A stretch of DNA of 63,508 bases, counting the filler, from Reclinomonas americana ATCC 50394 (lineage: Eukaryota), in assembly GCA_048213135.1 (NCBI GenBank). It is 7 parts of 2 records of this genome, joined end to end, with 100 filler letters (N's around TTAATTAATTAA, not from the genome) between each part and the next. Parts side by side here need not be neighbours in the genome. Positions count along the whole stretch, not along the records: positions 24,632 to 29,305 come from PS015069.1; positions 29,406 to 44,104 come from PS015069.1; 5 more parts are not named here. One strand, given 5' to 3'. The notes below the pieces were generated by a model, which saw nothing but the letters and a program-made list of their open reading frames with translations, was not told the origin of the DNA and searched no databases. Below are positions 24,632 through 37,170 of this stretch, one piece after another (position 1 is the stretch's first letter; each line of letters opens with the position of its first letter). The translations under genes were made by a program, and so were the position numbers.

Positions 24632-27600
24632 CAAGCATGCGCGGGAAGGCGGTGAGACTGATGCGGTGAACAATGGAGCACCAGCAGCACATGATGGAGA
24701 GGAGGAGGACGGGGGTGATGGCGGATGGAAGACGTTTGGCGTGCCTCTGGAGCGCCTCCTGCGTCAAGACTACCCCGGAGTCGAAGGCGATGGAGCTCTG
24801 CTGGAGATCCCGCGGGTGGTCACGCGACTCATTTGGGAGGTGTACACGCGTGGGCTCGACGAGGAGGGCATCTTTCGGCAGAATGGGAGCTTTGCGAAGC
24901 GGCAGCAGCTGCGCAAGGAGGTCAACGCCGGTCGCGATTGGAACCTCGAGCTCGCCGATATCCACACGGTCGCTAATCTGCTCAAGTCGTTCATTGTTGC
25001 GCGCACGAGAGAGAGTCATGTCGTTCCTTCTCTCTCTGCGTGTGTGTGTCTTACACGCGTGCACAGTCGGAGCTTCCGCCTCCTGAGCTGCGTGTGACGG
25101 GCGACTCGTCAGTCGACGGNNNNNNNNNNNNNNNNNNNNNNNNNNNNNNNNNNNNNNNNNNNNNNNNNNNNNNNNNNNNNNNNNNNNNNNNNNNNNNNNN
25201 NNNNNNNNNNNNNNNNNNNNNNNNNNNNNNNNNNNNNNNNNNNNNNNNNNNNNNNNNNNNNNNNNNNNNNNNNNNNNNNNNNNNNNNNNNNNNNNNNNNN
25301 NNNNNNNNNNNNNNNNNNNNNNNNNNNNNNNNNNNNNNNNNNNNNNNNNNNNNNNNNNNNNNNNNNNNNNNNNNNNNNNNNNNNNNNNNNNNNNNNNNNN
25401 NNNNNNNNNNNNNNTGATGAGCTGGTGGTGCAGCTGATGGAGTTTGCGGATGAGTGGACGTCGTCGCCGGGTTCGGCGCGCTTGCTCGACCAGTTGCGGC
25501 GCCTTCTCAATCGGCTGCCCGTGCCGCACCGCACGCTCTTTTGTGCGGTGGCGCGACTGTGCGAGGCCGTGCATGCACAGTCGGCGCAGAACTGCATGAA
25601 CTACAAGGCGTTGTCGATTTGCCTGGCGCAGACCTTTTTCCGTCTGCCGCTCAAGGCCGAGGCCGAGACGCTGCTCGCATCGCCACCGCACGCCAATGGC
25701 CAGGCGCCGAACTTTAGCGCAAACGCCACCGGTCTGGCGTACATGCAGGAGGTTGGTGTGGGCTTGGTGCTCGGCCACACCCCTGCTTTTCCTCACGCAA
25801 GCTGTTCGGTTCGGTGCAGGTGGCTCGCGACACACAGCGATTGAACTTGGCGGTGGAGGTCGTGCTGCGGCACCACCGAGCGCTGTTTGAGGATGTGTTG
25901 GAGTTGCTGCCGGCGTCGGTCGCCGACTCGATGCCGGGCTGGGAGGAGCAACGGAGACACTTGCCGTCCGTGGCTGCTGCCGACGTTGCGCCGTTTTGGA
26001 TTCTCCTCCTGGGTGACGCGATCGATATTCATGTTGGTGGTGTGCTTGTAGGAGGTGGATGGTGGCGACGAGTCGTGGCGCAAGCCGCCTGTCAAGCGAC
26101 CCGGATCATCGTCGGCATCCCGTGCTACTGGTGGCACTGCCGGAGGTCGCGTGCCGACAACCACGTCGCCGACCATGCGCCGTGCGGCTGACGACGACGA
26201 TGACGAAGAGGGAGGTGTTGGTGCGGGTGAAGGCGACGACCTTGACATGGGTGCTCGTCTCCGAGCAGGTAGTGGTATCGGTGGCGGCGGTGGCGGCGAC
26301 AGCAGCAGTCGAGTGAATGGAGCGCTCCTGCAAGCGGTGGTCCCCTCGGATCGTGCTCCGCGGCCACCGTCACCCACCGCCAATTCCGCCAGTGAAGCTG
26401 CGTCGTCTGCGCAGGACAGTCGACGACGAACTGGTGGTGAGTGTGGTGGCGCGCTGCTTTTTTTGATTGCGTTGTGTCGTGCTGAGATCTAGGATGCAGG
26501 TCGCTCGTCTGGTGGCAGCGAGCAACGACGCGTGGCTACAGCACCGACGGCCGTGCACTCGGCCGCTCCCGACGAGATGCCTCATCGCAGTATTGGATCG
26601 CTTGATGTTGCGCGCGTCTGAGCGGTTGCCTGTGTGTGCGACTGAAGGGATGTGCTCACACTGCGTGTCGCGGATAGATGCGCGACGCGAGTGTCGACTC
26701 CCCAGCCGTGGTTGCCGCAGAGCCATCGGTGCCACAAGTTCGGCGCTCACAGGTCTGTTGCATCGTCTGTGGTGCGCTCTTTGCCGGATGTGCACCGACT
26801 GACCTCGTTTGCAGTCGCAGCAACAAGGTCCCTCGGCGACGCACGCGATATCCAACAAGGTACCGTCCCAGCAAGTGTTTTTTTTCACGCGGCTCCGTCA
26901 ACGTGTTTACAATGTTTGTCGCAGTTGGCCGCCAGCTCACGCGCGCCACCAGAAGACCACTTTGGTGGAGCGTGGACCGTGCGTGAAACTGTTCATGAAA
27001 CAGTTGCATCTCGTTGGCTCATTCGTGTGTTCGCCGCAGGATGGCGCCGGTGACGCACAAAAGACCGTGCAGTCGCAGGATCGCGAGTCGTCGGCGGTGC
27101 GCGAACAGCTGCGCCAGTTGCAAGAGCAACATGCACAATTCCAACAGCAGCAACAGCAGTTGCTGCGACAGCAACAGCTTCTCCAGCAACAGCAGGAAGA
27201 CTTGGTGACTCACCAGCAGCAGCAACGACTGCAGCCGCCGCCGACCTTGGTGCTGCCGCCGTCACATGGTGGCGACGGTGGCGGCTCCAACAGCAACTAT
27301 GTCACGCTGGAGCAGCTGCACGCCGTCACAGAAGCGTACAGGCAACAAGTTGCGCGCCATGTTTTCCTTGTCCCCACCGTGATTCGCATTCTGCTCACTC
27401 GTGCGTATGTGTGTGCGTTGTAGGTGCAACAGTTGCACGACGTCATCGAGCAGCAGACGCGGGAACGCGAGCTGATGAGTCGTCGCATCGACGAGTTGGA
27501 GAAGGCCATGCATCGCGAGATGAACCAGGTGCTGGATCGTGTGGACCAAGCTGAGCGGCAGTCGCTGCTGGCCACCTCGCTGCAGAAGGAGTCGGCGGCC

Positions 27601-28934
27601 GTGGTGGTACACAGCTCCGACGAAATGGCTCGCCAGCTGGCCGATGTGAAGAAGGTGTTGGACGAGGTGGAGACGGATTCCAACCGCGTGCGCAAGATGG
27701 ACAGCCGCGTGGCCGTGCTCGCCAACATTGTGGATGAGCAGGTTTGCGCATGTCGAGTGGATGTGTGTGTGTGTGCATGACGAGCCAGGCGATGCTGAAC
27801 CGCTGGCGTTCCTCTGCAGGGCATTGCGAGTGGCCGGCTGCAGGCCGAAGTCAACACGTTGCGTGCGCGGCTCGACGAGCGTGTGGCCAGGTTCCAGGAG
27901 TTGGCCGACGAGATGGAGCGACACAAGCGACAGCGTGAGGGTCCTGCCGGCGGCATTGTGGGCGACAACAAGGCACAGAACGCTGCCTCGAGCCCTCTGC
28001 ACCAGCGAAATTCTCTCGGCTACCGACGTTGCGTTTGCGGCCGTGGAGAACGCAGAAGAATTGCATGCTGACTCGTCGATCACAGACTGGGCCGGTCCTC
28101 TGCGCACTCCGCCACACGCCGGCACACCGCCGACGTTGGCAGCCCTTTTTGATACAGCGTCGACCGAGAACGGCAGCTCGGGCACCGGTGCGGCGGCTGC
28201 GGCCGGTGCTGCGGCGCCAGCGTCGTCGTTGCAAGGCATGAGCAACGGTCGCGGCGACCGTGGCATGAGCAGCATGGGAGTAGCGAGCCCCAGTTACGGG
28301 TCGGGCTCGCCGTACTCGTCCCACATGGTGCCGCTGCCGACGTTGCTGGGCGAGCTCGATCGCACAAAGCGAGCGAGCACCGGCTTTGGCGCAGGATCAG
28401 CGGCTGCAGTGGCGGCCACAGACATTGGCGACTCGTCGGGCAACGGCGAGCCGACCAGTCCCGTGTCGCCGCCGCCCACCTCCTCGCGGCTCCACATTGC
28501 TCACATGGATCCGCTGGCGAGTCTCGTGCACCGACTGGACGTTGCCGCACAGCAATTACGAGACACTGGATCGCCAGTTGCCGCCAAGGTTTTTTTCTTT
28601 TCCATGCGTCTTGTTGATGACTCTGCTGGCGCTGACACGTACGTGCGATTGACAGCCGCCTCCCAGTCGCCCTTCGTCCATCTCCATGGGCAGCAGCAGT
28701 GCATCCATGCCTGTTGCGCATCCCGGCACCCCGCCACCCTCGCAATTACCACCACCGCGCTTCGCCAGTTCCGGCTTCATCGGGTCCACGAACATGGTCA
28801 ACGATTCACCGCTCTCCACGCAAGCCGTCACCGTGGCCGTCCCGTCGGGCATCGACGACGGCAGCTCGATGTATGCGGAGGCGCCTGGCGACAAGCTGCT
28901 TTTACTGCGAGCCAAGCTAGCTAGCCATCGATAG
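24632..28934 (+). CDS. RhoGAP-domain protein with low-complexity and coiled-coil C-terminal region (5' truncated; the 3' exons could be a separate gene)
   Basis: TFGVPLE...IPRVV...RGLDEEGIFRQNGS (arginine finger)...DIHTVANLLKSFI|SELP...LNRLPVPHRTL...NCMNYKALSICLA, followed by polyQ and heptad-rich exons. Confidence 0.75.
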
Positions 28935-29062
28935 GATAACCTAAGACGGTGATACAATTATGTAAAACGTGCAACAAAAGAAAAAAAAACGCATTGCAAC
29001 CCGCCAAAAGCAGAGACATGGGACTGACCGTTAGAGAGCAATCATATAAGTTGGCGATCATC

Positions 29063-29254
29063 ATGTCTGGTCCACCCTCGCGCTCCTCGTTTGGCTCCGG
29101 CTCTTATGCCGACAGTTCGCATCTCATGAGTGCCTCAGCCAGTGCGTGGTTGGCACAACATCATCTCCAACAGCAACAACAACAACACCAGCAACAGCAA
29201 CAACAGCAACAACAACAGCAACAGCAGCAGGCTGCGATGCACGGTCTGTGTGTG

Positions 29255-29296
<42 letters not shown>

Positions 29297-32200
29297 GACC
29301 GTCCGNNNNNNNNNNNNNNNNNNNNNNNNNNNNNNNNNNNNNNNNNNNNTTAATTAATTAANNNNNNNNNNNNNNNNNNNNNNNNNNNNNNNNNNNNNNN
29401 NNNNNTAGCACCTGTGCACATCCGAAGCTACTACAGCTACTGCTGCTGCGGGTGGCGGTCGTCGTGCCGTGTGCTCCACTGGCCGTAGAGGAACACTAGC
29501 AACCGCATGTGGCGGCTGCTGAGGCCGCGGTGCGGCCACGGTCAGTAGATTCAATGTCGGCTGCTGCTGCTGCTGATGGTGGTGGTGATGATGATGATGG
29601 TGATGATGATGAGGTGGCGGAGGTGGCGGCGGCGGCGGAGGTGGTGGCGGTTGCATGAGTAGATTGTGCGCAGCTGCAGCTATTGCTGCTGCTGCCGACG
29701 ACGACGATTGCATATCGCTGTGCATGAATCATGGGAATCAGAAAAGCGAGGGTGGGAGAGGGATTAGAGACAACGCAGTGTGTGACAAGCAGAGCAAAGA
29801 GGGAAAGCGCGCGCGCGCGCGTGGAGGTGTGGCCATCTCGCCCGATGTGTACACCCGGGAAAGAAAGCCTCTCGTGCACGCGACGCAAAGCAAAAGCCTC
29901 GTACGCCACAAGCCCCGACAACGACAACGCAAAGCGACGGGAAAACACGCAACTCACACACACACACAATGCACACACACACAACGAAGCAATTCGCAGC
30001 CCACTTGGGCAAGCAGAGAGAGCGCGCGTATCAATGCAGAGAAGCTCACTGTACCTTGCAGATCGCTGCTAAGTNNNNNNNNNNNNNNNNNNNNCCCGTT
30101 TACCATATAGGTGCGCCGCTGTGAGTGGGGACTCACAATGGACATCTCTTTTTTTTTTGTCGTTCTTCGCGTCGCAGCGGTGGAGACGAGCTGCAGGCGC
30201 TGGAGGCACTGCCGTCGACCTTGTCCGCGACTCGTGGGTCGTGGGTCGGCGAGGCTCTTCATGTGGTGCGAATTGATTCACTTTTTTTTTCTCGTTGACC
30301 TGCATTGCTGACGAATCGCATTCTGGCAGTTGCGAGTGGCGGGGATGCCACTGCCGATTGCCGTGTTGCGTGAGAAAGTGATGGCGCTGGTAAGTTGTCG
30401 GGGGTGCTCCGTTGGGCGCTGCTGCTGGGAGACCAACACGCCTGGTTTCTTTCCGTCACGCACACGCAGAACAACTACCCGGGTGCACGTTCGGGCGCTC
30501 CGCAAAGTGCGGCACGACTCATCAAGTTGCTCACGCAACACATGACCACGTACGGCGTGGAGTCTCTCCTCGATCGACCACGTCGTGGCGTGTATGTGGC
30601 CCGAGAGCCGGCCGACGTGCTTGGTCGGCGGCCGCTCAAGTTTGTGCCAGTCACCGCCGTCAATCCCGGTGCGCTCGTACCGTGCCACCTCCCTGTCATG
30701 CTCTCGCGCACACAGCAGATGTACTCATCCTGTGATCCAGGAGAGAAGCGGTTGGGTCGCCCGCGAAAGCGCGTGCCTTCGACCGAAGTGCACCGGTGGG
30801 AAGACTCGCAGAGTGACGAGGAGGAGGAGAATGGACGGGCAGTTGAGGCGGCTAACGACGACGGCGACGAAGAGGATGAAGAAGACGAGGCGAACGAAGA
30901 TCATGGCAATCGAAGAACGCGGAGAGGGATGCAGGGAGGCGATGAGGAGGAAGGGGAAGAAGAGGAGGCGGACTACGCAGGGGAGGAGGAGGAGGATGAG
31001 CCGATGGACGAGGATGGTGAAGATGGCGGTGACGGTGGTTCTGCTGGGTACGGTAACGGAATGAGTAGGGTTGCGCACGGTGACAAGAACGAGAGATTAC
31101 GGCAGATGCGGAGGCAACAACGGAGAGGCAGTCAGGGCCGCAGTCAACTTCCACATCGGCACCATCATCACCACCACCATCACCATCATCATCGACGTGA
31201 GGAGACTGGTGACGGTGATGATCGCGAGTCAGATAACGAGTTTCACTCCAATGACGAATTGGAGGACGGCACCGACGGGAACGGCGGTGGTGGTCGTGTT
31301 CGTGTGCGACGAGTGCGATCTCGTCGGTCCGGTAGCACGCCGTCGACAGGTCCACCGCGGTTGCACAATTCACACTTTCAGCTGCGTACGCCGGGCGGCA
31401 AGTTTGCCCGCTCGAATCCTGCTCCCCTACCACTCCTGCAGCCATCGGCACCACCGCCACCACCACCACCTTCGCGGGTGCGCACGGAGAATGCTGCGGC
31501 GCGTAGCGTATACGATGACGACGATGACGACTTGGAGCTGTTGCTCGACGGTGATGACGACGATGAAGCGCGCGTATTTCAGCGTGCTCCGGTATCAACA
31601 GGTCGCTTTGCAGCTGACGGCGAAGACTACAGCGACGGAGAAGAAGAAGAGTACGCTGGCCGCGGTCGCCAGCAAGCGCAGAAGCATAGTTCGGGGGACG
31701 AGGAGTACGAAGATGACGGCGAGGAGCGCGACGATGTGCAGCTGGAGGACGAAGACACCGGATCACGACGGAATACGCCGACGGCACACCTCGTCGGCGC
31801 AACTGCCTCGACAACGACGACAACGACCACCACCACGTCCACCAGCAACGCGACAGCTGCAGAATCGTCTGGACGCACCCACAAGGTCAACCCCGACGTT
31901 CTGGCGTCGGTGATCAGTCGGCGTGGAACGTGGCTTGGCGAGGCCATTTTGGTGCTTCGAGATGCAGGCGCTCCGCTGGTTTGTTGTTGTTCGAGATGGG
32001 GTGCGTGGCATGCGAGTGTTTTCGGACTCACACATGGTGGTGTGTCTGCAGCATGTGGATGAGATTGTGCGGCGCGTACGAGACTACAGCGAGCACCAAC
32101 CACCGAAGCGCGCGGTGCCGTATACCGACGCACGAGTGTGTGCCTCTGCCATTCGCATGCATGCCAATCGACTCGGCGTGCAGTCGCTCGTGTGGAAACC

Positions 32201-34021
32201 GCACCACGATGTCTATGTCTTCAAGGACTATGCTGACGCCAGCGTAGGTTTGTGTGTGACGGGGAGAAGTGAGAGAGCGGCCGGTAACTGTGTGTTTACG
32301 TTTGTATCACGCGCAGCTGCGCCAGAGCTCCTTACGGTGCCGAACAACCCAAACATCAGTGCGCCGCGTCACGGCGGCGGAATGCTACCACCGCACAGTC
32401 TTGTACAGCCACCGCCACCATCCGGGCGCGCCTCTCAATCTGCACAACAACAACGACCACAGCAGGCGCCGCGCGCTCCGGGGTCAATGATGGCCATCCC
32501 ACGGCCTGGTACCTCTGCCAAGCCGACGTCTGCGTCGAATGCGGCCAACATTTACGCGGCCTCGAACTCGCAGGCAATGACAAGTCGTGGCACATGGCTT
32601 GGCGAGAGCATTCATGCACTGGAACGTGTCGGCAGGGCCGTCGATGTGCCGACAATGCTGCGCCTTATCAGCGAGTCCACGAGACCGCCACCCGACGAGC
32701 CAGAAAAGCAGCCGGCCCGCATGCTGCCGCAAGTGCTCAACAGCTACCTACTGCGCAGCGGTGCGGCGTCGCTGGTCATCAAAACCAACGACCGCCCGGC
32801 CACCTATTTGCACTCCAGTCACCTGGAGACTCACCTGGCTGCCGGGGGGCGTATCATGGCCCCCGCCGAGTTTCTCGAACGTGTTCCACAAAATGGTGAG
32901 CAACCGCAAAGAGTGGGGAAGGGATGATGAGAGACACGCATCTCTCGTTTGGCTAATCTGTGTCTCCGCGTGCGTGTGCACAGCCATCGCTCCTTCAGAA
33001 CGGCGGTCGCGGCCGATTGCAAGGGGCGCAGGGTCGCTTGGCACCCGTTCCGAGTCGTCGGGTCGACCGTCGCAGTCTGGCTCGCAGTATCAGGTCCGCA
33101 TCCGATCTTCGTCAGCCAGTCAACCGCAGCCACCACAACACACGCAGCGACAACACGCAAGAAGGCGCGATCGCGAATCACCGATTCCCAGTGACCGATC
33201 AGTGCAAGATGCGGCGTCGGTCTTGTCCTCCGAGTACGAGACGGACTCCTCCAGCGACAGCGAGGCCATGGTGGGAGCTTCGTACTTTGACGCGGCAGAG
33301 GAGCCAAGTCCGCCCGTCGATCCCTGGCGAGATTCGTGTGCATTGGTCCGAGCCTCCATCGATCTGTTGGGAGCGTCCAGCGATCACGTGTTGGGTGTTC
33401 ATCGGTGGCACTCTGTAATGCGTTGCGTATTCCCTGTCGCCTCCTGCTGCCCCCTCAATCTTCTCATCGTCACTCAATCCTTGCACATGTGTGTATGATT
33501 GCGCAGTGCATAGCCGCCCTTCGTGGAACCGCGCAGCCAGTGCTCGTGTGGTCGATTTCCTGACGGGTCAAAAGCTGCTGCTTAACTTGCGCGCCGGTAC
33601 CACGCTAGACAAGCTGCTCGAGTACTTGGAGTATGTGTCTGCGCACCAGCAGCACCACCTCCAGCAGCAACTGCAACACCAACAACAACTGCAACAGCAG
33701 CAACAGCATGAAGAGCAGGCGTCACGGTCGTCGACGCCAGCTGAGTCGCCGTCGCCCACTGCAATTGTAGAAGATGCGTTGGAACCGCCAATATCCACGA
33801 CGACGACGGGCACCACTCTGACTATACCCACGCGGAAGCGAGTGTTTGCCTTTGAGGAGTCGCCGGTGAGCGATGACGATGAAATCGACGACGCCGATGT
33901 GGACAACGACTCTCCGATAGACGACGAGTCACCGCGGTTCGCCGCACCACCTCTCAAGCGCCGTGCAATTGCCGAGTCAGACGACGAGCGCCCGGCATTA
34001 CGATTGATGGCCTCGGAATGA
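29063..34021 (+). CDS. Large low-complexity protein with three winged-HTH (HARE-HTH-like) repeats; contig 29406-30074 is probably inverted
   Basis: Repeats RGSWVGEALHV|LRVAGMPL, RGTWLGEAILVLRDAGAPL|HVDEIV and RGTWLGESIHALERVGRAVDV, with polyQ/H/P and acidic tracts. The link to the 29063 exon crosses gaps and is inferred. Confidence 0.55.
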
Positions 34022-34091
34022 ACATGTAGACTGAAGATAATGTGCACACTCCATCACATCACAAGTGTGTTTTTCACTGGCAGTCGCATAT

Positions 34092-35843
34092 TCAAGCGCG
34101 TTTCGGCCTCGGCAACTCGACCACCGTAAAGTCGGATGCCGCCACCACATCGCCACCCTCGTATGCCTGCCGCGCCTCGTCCACTAGCCGCTCGATTTCT
34201 GCCTTGGTGTCGTCGTCGGAGCCACTGTAGCGACCGCTAAAGTGGTTGAGGATCAGGCGGCGGGCGTGAATGTGGTGCGCGAAAGCACCGGCCATTGAGC
34301 TTGTCGAGTGACCTACGAGTGCGTGCGTGTGTCAGTAAAGTGATGGGGTGAAGCGCAGGGGAAGGGTGACGCACCGCGCTCAATCGCCATGTCGCGCATA
34401 TCACCGCCAAATGTGCATTCGTGCACGATAGCGTCGGCGCCCTCGCACAACTCAGAAATGGCGTACGGATCGCACGTGTCGCCGAGGATCACTGCGCAGC
34501 AAATCTGTGAGCAGCTCACCCCCACTGCTGTACTTTCTCCTCGAGGATACACACCGAGCTTGCGACCCGGCTGCGGCGCCGACACCACCTCCTCGGGTGT
34601 CACCACTCGACCGTCGGCCAATGTCACCGACTGACCGGCCTTGAGCTTGCCAAACGTGGGACCGGGTGGCACTCCGAGGCTGCGTGCCTTGGCAGCGTCC
34701 AGTCTGCAAAGCAGTGAGCCGGGGAAAACCCAACTGCTGCGATAAGGGGAAGAAAACACGCAACGTTCCCGGAAAGTCGGGTTCGCGGAGCACGTAGCCG
34801 AGCGTCGGCACCTTGTGCATGATGTAGCCGGCGTCCACAGTGAGCTTGTCGTTCTGCAAACTGCGCCAGTGGTCAAAAAACAACCAACAACGAAAGAAAA
34901 GGCCATGCACAGCCACAACGAACACTCGGAAAGAGCCGTGTGCATCACAGCGCAGCACCTCGCCACGCGTCTCGCACGCATGCAGATCCTCGACTGCTCG
35001 CTGGGCCACATACGCAGCGTACTCGTCGTCGGTCATGTTCAGACCGGCGAGCTCGGTCACACGCCAAGTGTACGGCTGCGTGCATGAGTGTGAGCGGGAG
35101 GAGAGGACAGTGCCGGAGGAGAGGGGTTGTCGACAGACAGACTGTACGCACCATGTACGACTCGGTCATGCGAAGCGTCGAGCGAATGTACGTGGCGAGG
35201 CCGATGGGTCCGACCAGCTCCAGCAGGAACGCCGAGGCCGACGGCGCGCCCGACGACTCACCATCGCAAGCGCAGTCGGCGTCCGCAGCAGCAGCAGCCG
35301 ACGAGTTGCCCATGGCATTCAGCATGCTTTGCGCGCGCGGTCAGTCAATCACCAAGGGGGGTGAGAGAGAGAGAGAGAGAGAGACAGAAGGAAGTGCCAA
35401 GGGACGCACCCAAACGTGCACATCAGTCCCGGCAGGCCGAAACAGTGATCACCGTGCAGGTGAGTGATGAAAATGCTGCATCAGAGAAGAGATGAGCGCC
35501 AATGCACCTGATCATGCATGCATAATCACACACACAGACCGTCGCAGTCGACCGAAACGCGTGGAGGCCTTGAGAAACTGTTGCTGTGTGCCTTCGCCAC
35601 AGTCGAACATGAAGACATCGCCCGAGTCTGACGAGCGAGTGAGGTGAGAGGAGAGGAGAGAGAGAAGTGAGAGAGACAACTGCAGCACACCAAACGAGAC
35701 GACCAGCGAGCTGACATTGCGGTGGCGCGTCGGCACCGCAGAACACGTTCCCTGTGTGTGTGCGCGCCTGCATGTGTGAGCAAGCGATGGAGAGAGAGAG
35801 AGAAAGACAAGAAGCAACGACGAACGAGGAATTCAATGCGCAT
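34092..35843 (-). CDS. ELAC1: Short-form ribonuclease Z (tRNase Z, ELAC1/Rnz-like)
   Basis: [55 protein letters not shown], exosite [44 protein letters not shown]. Confidence 0.92.
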
Positions 35844-36142
35844 GGGATATCAAAAAAGGGTCTTGATTTAGACGCTTGGTTTCTTGCGCGTAAAATACCC
35901 TTTTGCTTCACTTACAGAAGGCCCGAAATACACAAGTAACGGCCCGTGTGGCGCTGCTATTGAGGAGGAGCTTTTTTTGGTCGCAGGCGTTAAACAGCGG
36001 CTGAACGGACCGCACTATCATTATGATCGCTGCCGTTCGGATCTGGATGCATGCAGCTGCATGCGCAGTTCTGCAGTTCTGCATCCTTGCGCTTTCCCGA
36101 CCTCGCCATTTACTTACTACTGTGTACTCACAAAGCCACCTC

Positions 36143-37132
36143 TCAAATGAGGTGTGCGACGGCCTTGCCGCGAAACTCCTCGATGCTCCCGTACCCCTTG
36201 CGCCTCATCAGCTGCTCGAGCTCGGACTGGATGCGCTCGAGAGACTCGGTGCCCTCCCGCAGCAGGCACGAGGCCACCATGACGGCACGCGCACCGCACA
36301 GAATGTGCTGGAAGGCGGCTTCGCCCGAGTTGACGCCACCGACGCCCACCAAGTCGATTTCCGGTCGCAGTCCCACCCGCAGGCGCGCCACATTGCCGAG
36401 CGACAGGGCCCGGATCACATCGCCGCCGATGCCACCGCGACAGAGAATGCGCTCACTGTCGACATCCACCGCCACGCCCGACCCCACCGTGTTGGTGCTC
36501 GACACGAAGCGCACACGCGGATAGAAATCGTTGATCAGCGCACAGGCGGCACGGAACTGCGCCTCGTAGAAATACGGCGCAATCTTCAGGCCCACCGGCA
36601 GTGTCCGCACATCGGCCACCGCCTCCTTCACAAACTCTCGCATCGCCACAAAGTCGTAGGCCAGTGGCGGCTTGTCGGCGAAATTCGGGCACGACAAGTT
36701 GATCTCCACCGCGTCGACCACGCGCGCCTTCATCGCCTCCAGCTCCGCAATCATGCCCCGCACCTCCGTCGCACTGCCCGTCACCGACATGAACCGCGGC
36801 CGCTCACCACTCAGTTGTCGCAGCGCATCCACATAGTAGGCGAACGCCTGTGGCGAGTATCCCAGCGAGTTCACCGTCGACAAGCGCGCAGCCGGCATGG
36901 TGACCCAGTGGTGCACGTTGGCGTCCTCCACGAACCCGTCACGCAACGCGGTGCGTGTCAGCACCGCCGCCGAGGCGGACGAGTCGAGACGTTGCAGATC
37001 GGCGAGTGTGTTGCATGCCGGGCTGCAGGAGTTGTACACGCAGCCGAGACGCAGGGCGACTCCACCCACCGAGGTGCGCAGAAGCGGGAAACCCACCGCG
37101 GCCATCGGAGAAACAAGGTGCGATGACATCAT
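36143..37132 (-). CDS. Intronless class 1A dihydroorotate dehydrogenase-like flavoprotein (dihydrouracil-oxidase-like signature)
   Basis: Uninterrupted 329-aa ORF with TVNSLGYSP, EINLSCPN, KPPLAYDF, VGLKIAPY, TNTVGSG, GGIGG..IRALSLGNV and GVGGV.SG..AFQHILCGA..V.VAS. Confidence 0.85.
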   Translation of the reverse strand: MMSSHLVSPMAAVGFPLLRTSVGGVALRLGCVYNSCSPACNTLADLQRLDSSASAAVLTRTALRDGFVEDANVHHWVTMPAARLSTVNSLGYSPQAFAYYVDALRQLSGERPRFMSVTGSATEVRGMIAELEAMKARVVDAVEINLSCPNFADKPPLAYDFVAMREFVKEAVADVRTLPVGLKIAPYFYEAQFRAACALINDFYPRVRFVSSTNTVGSGVAVDVDSERILCRGGIGGDVIRALSLGNVARLRVGLRPEIDLVGVGGVNSGEAAFQHILCGARAVMVASCLLREGTESLERIQSELEQLMRRKGYGSIEEFRGKAVAHLI

Positions 37133-37170
37133 TCATTGTCACTGTCCGAAGCTCTCGCTCTCGTCGCGCC

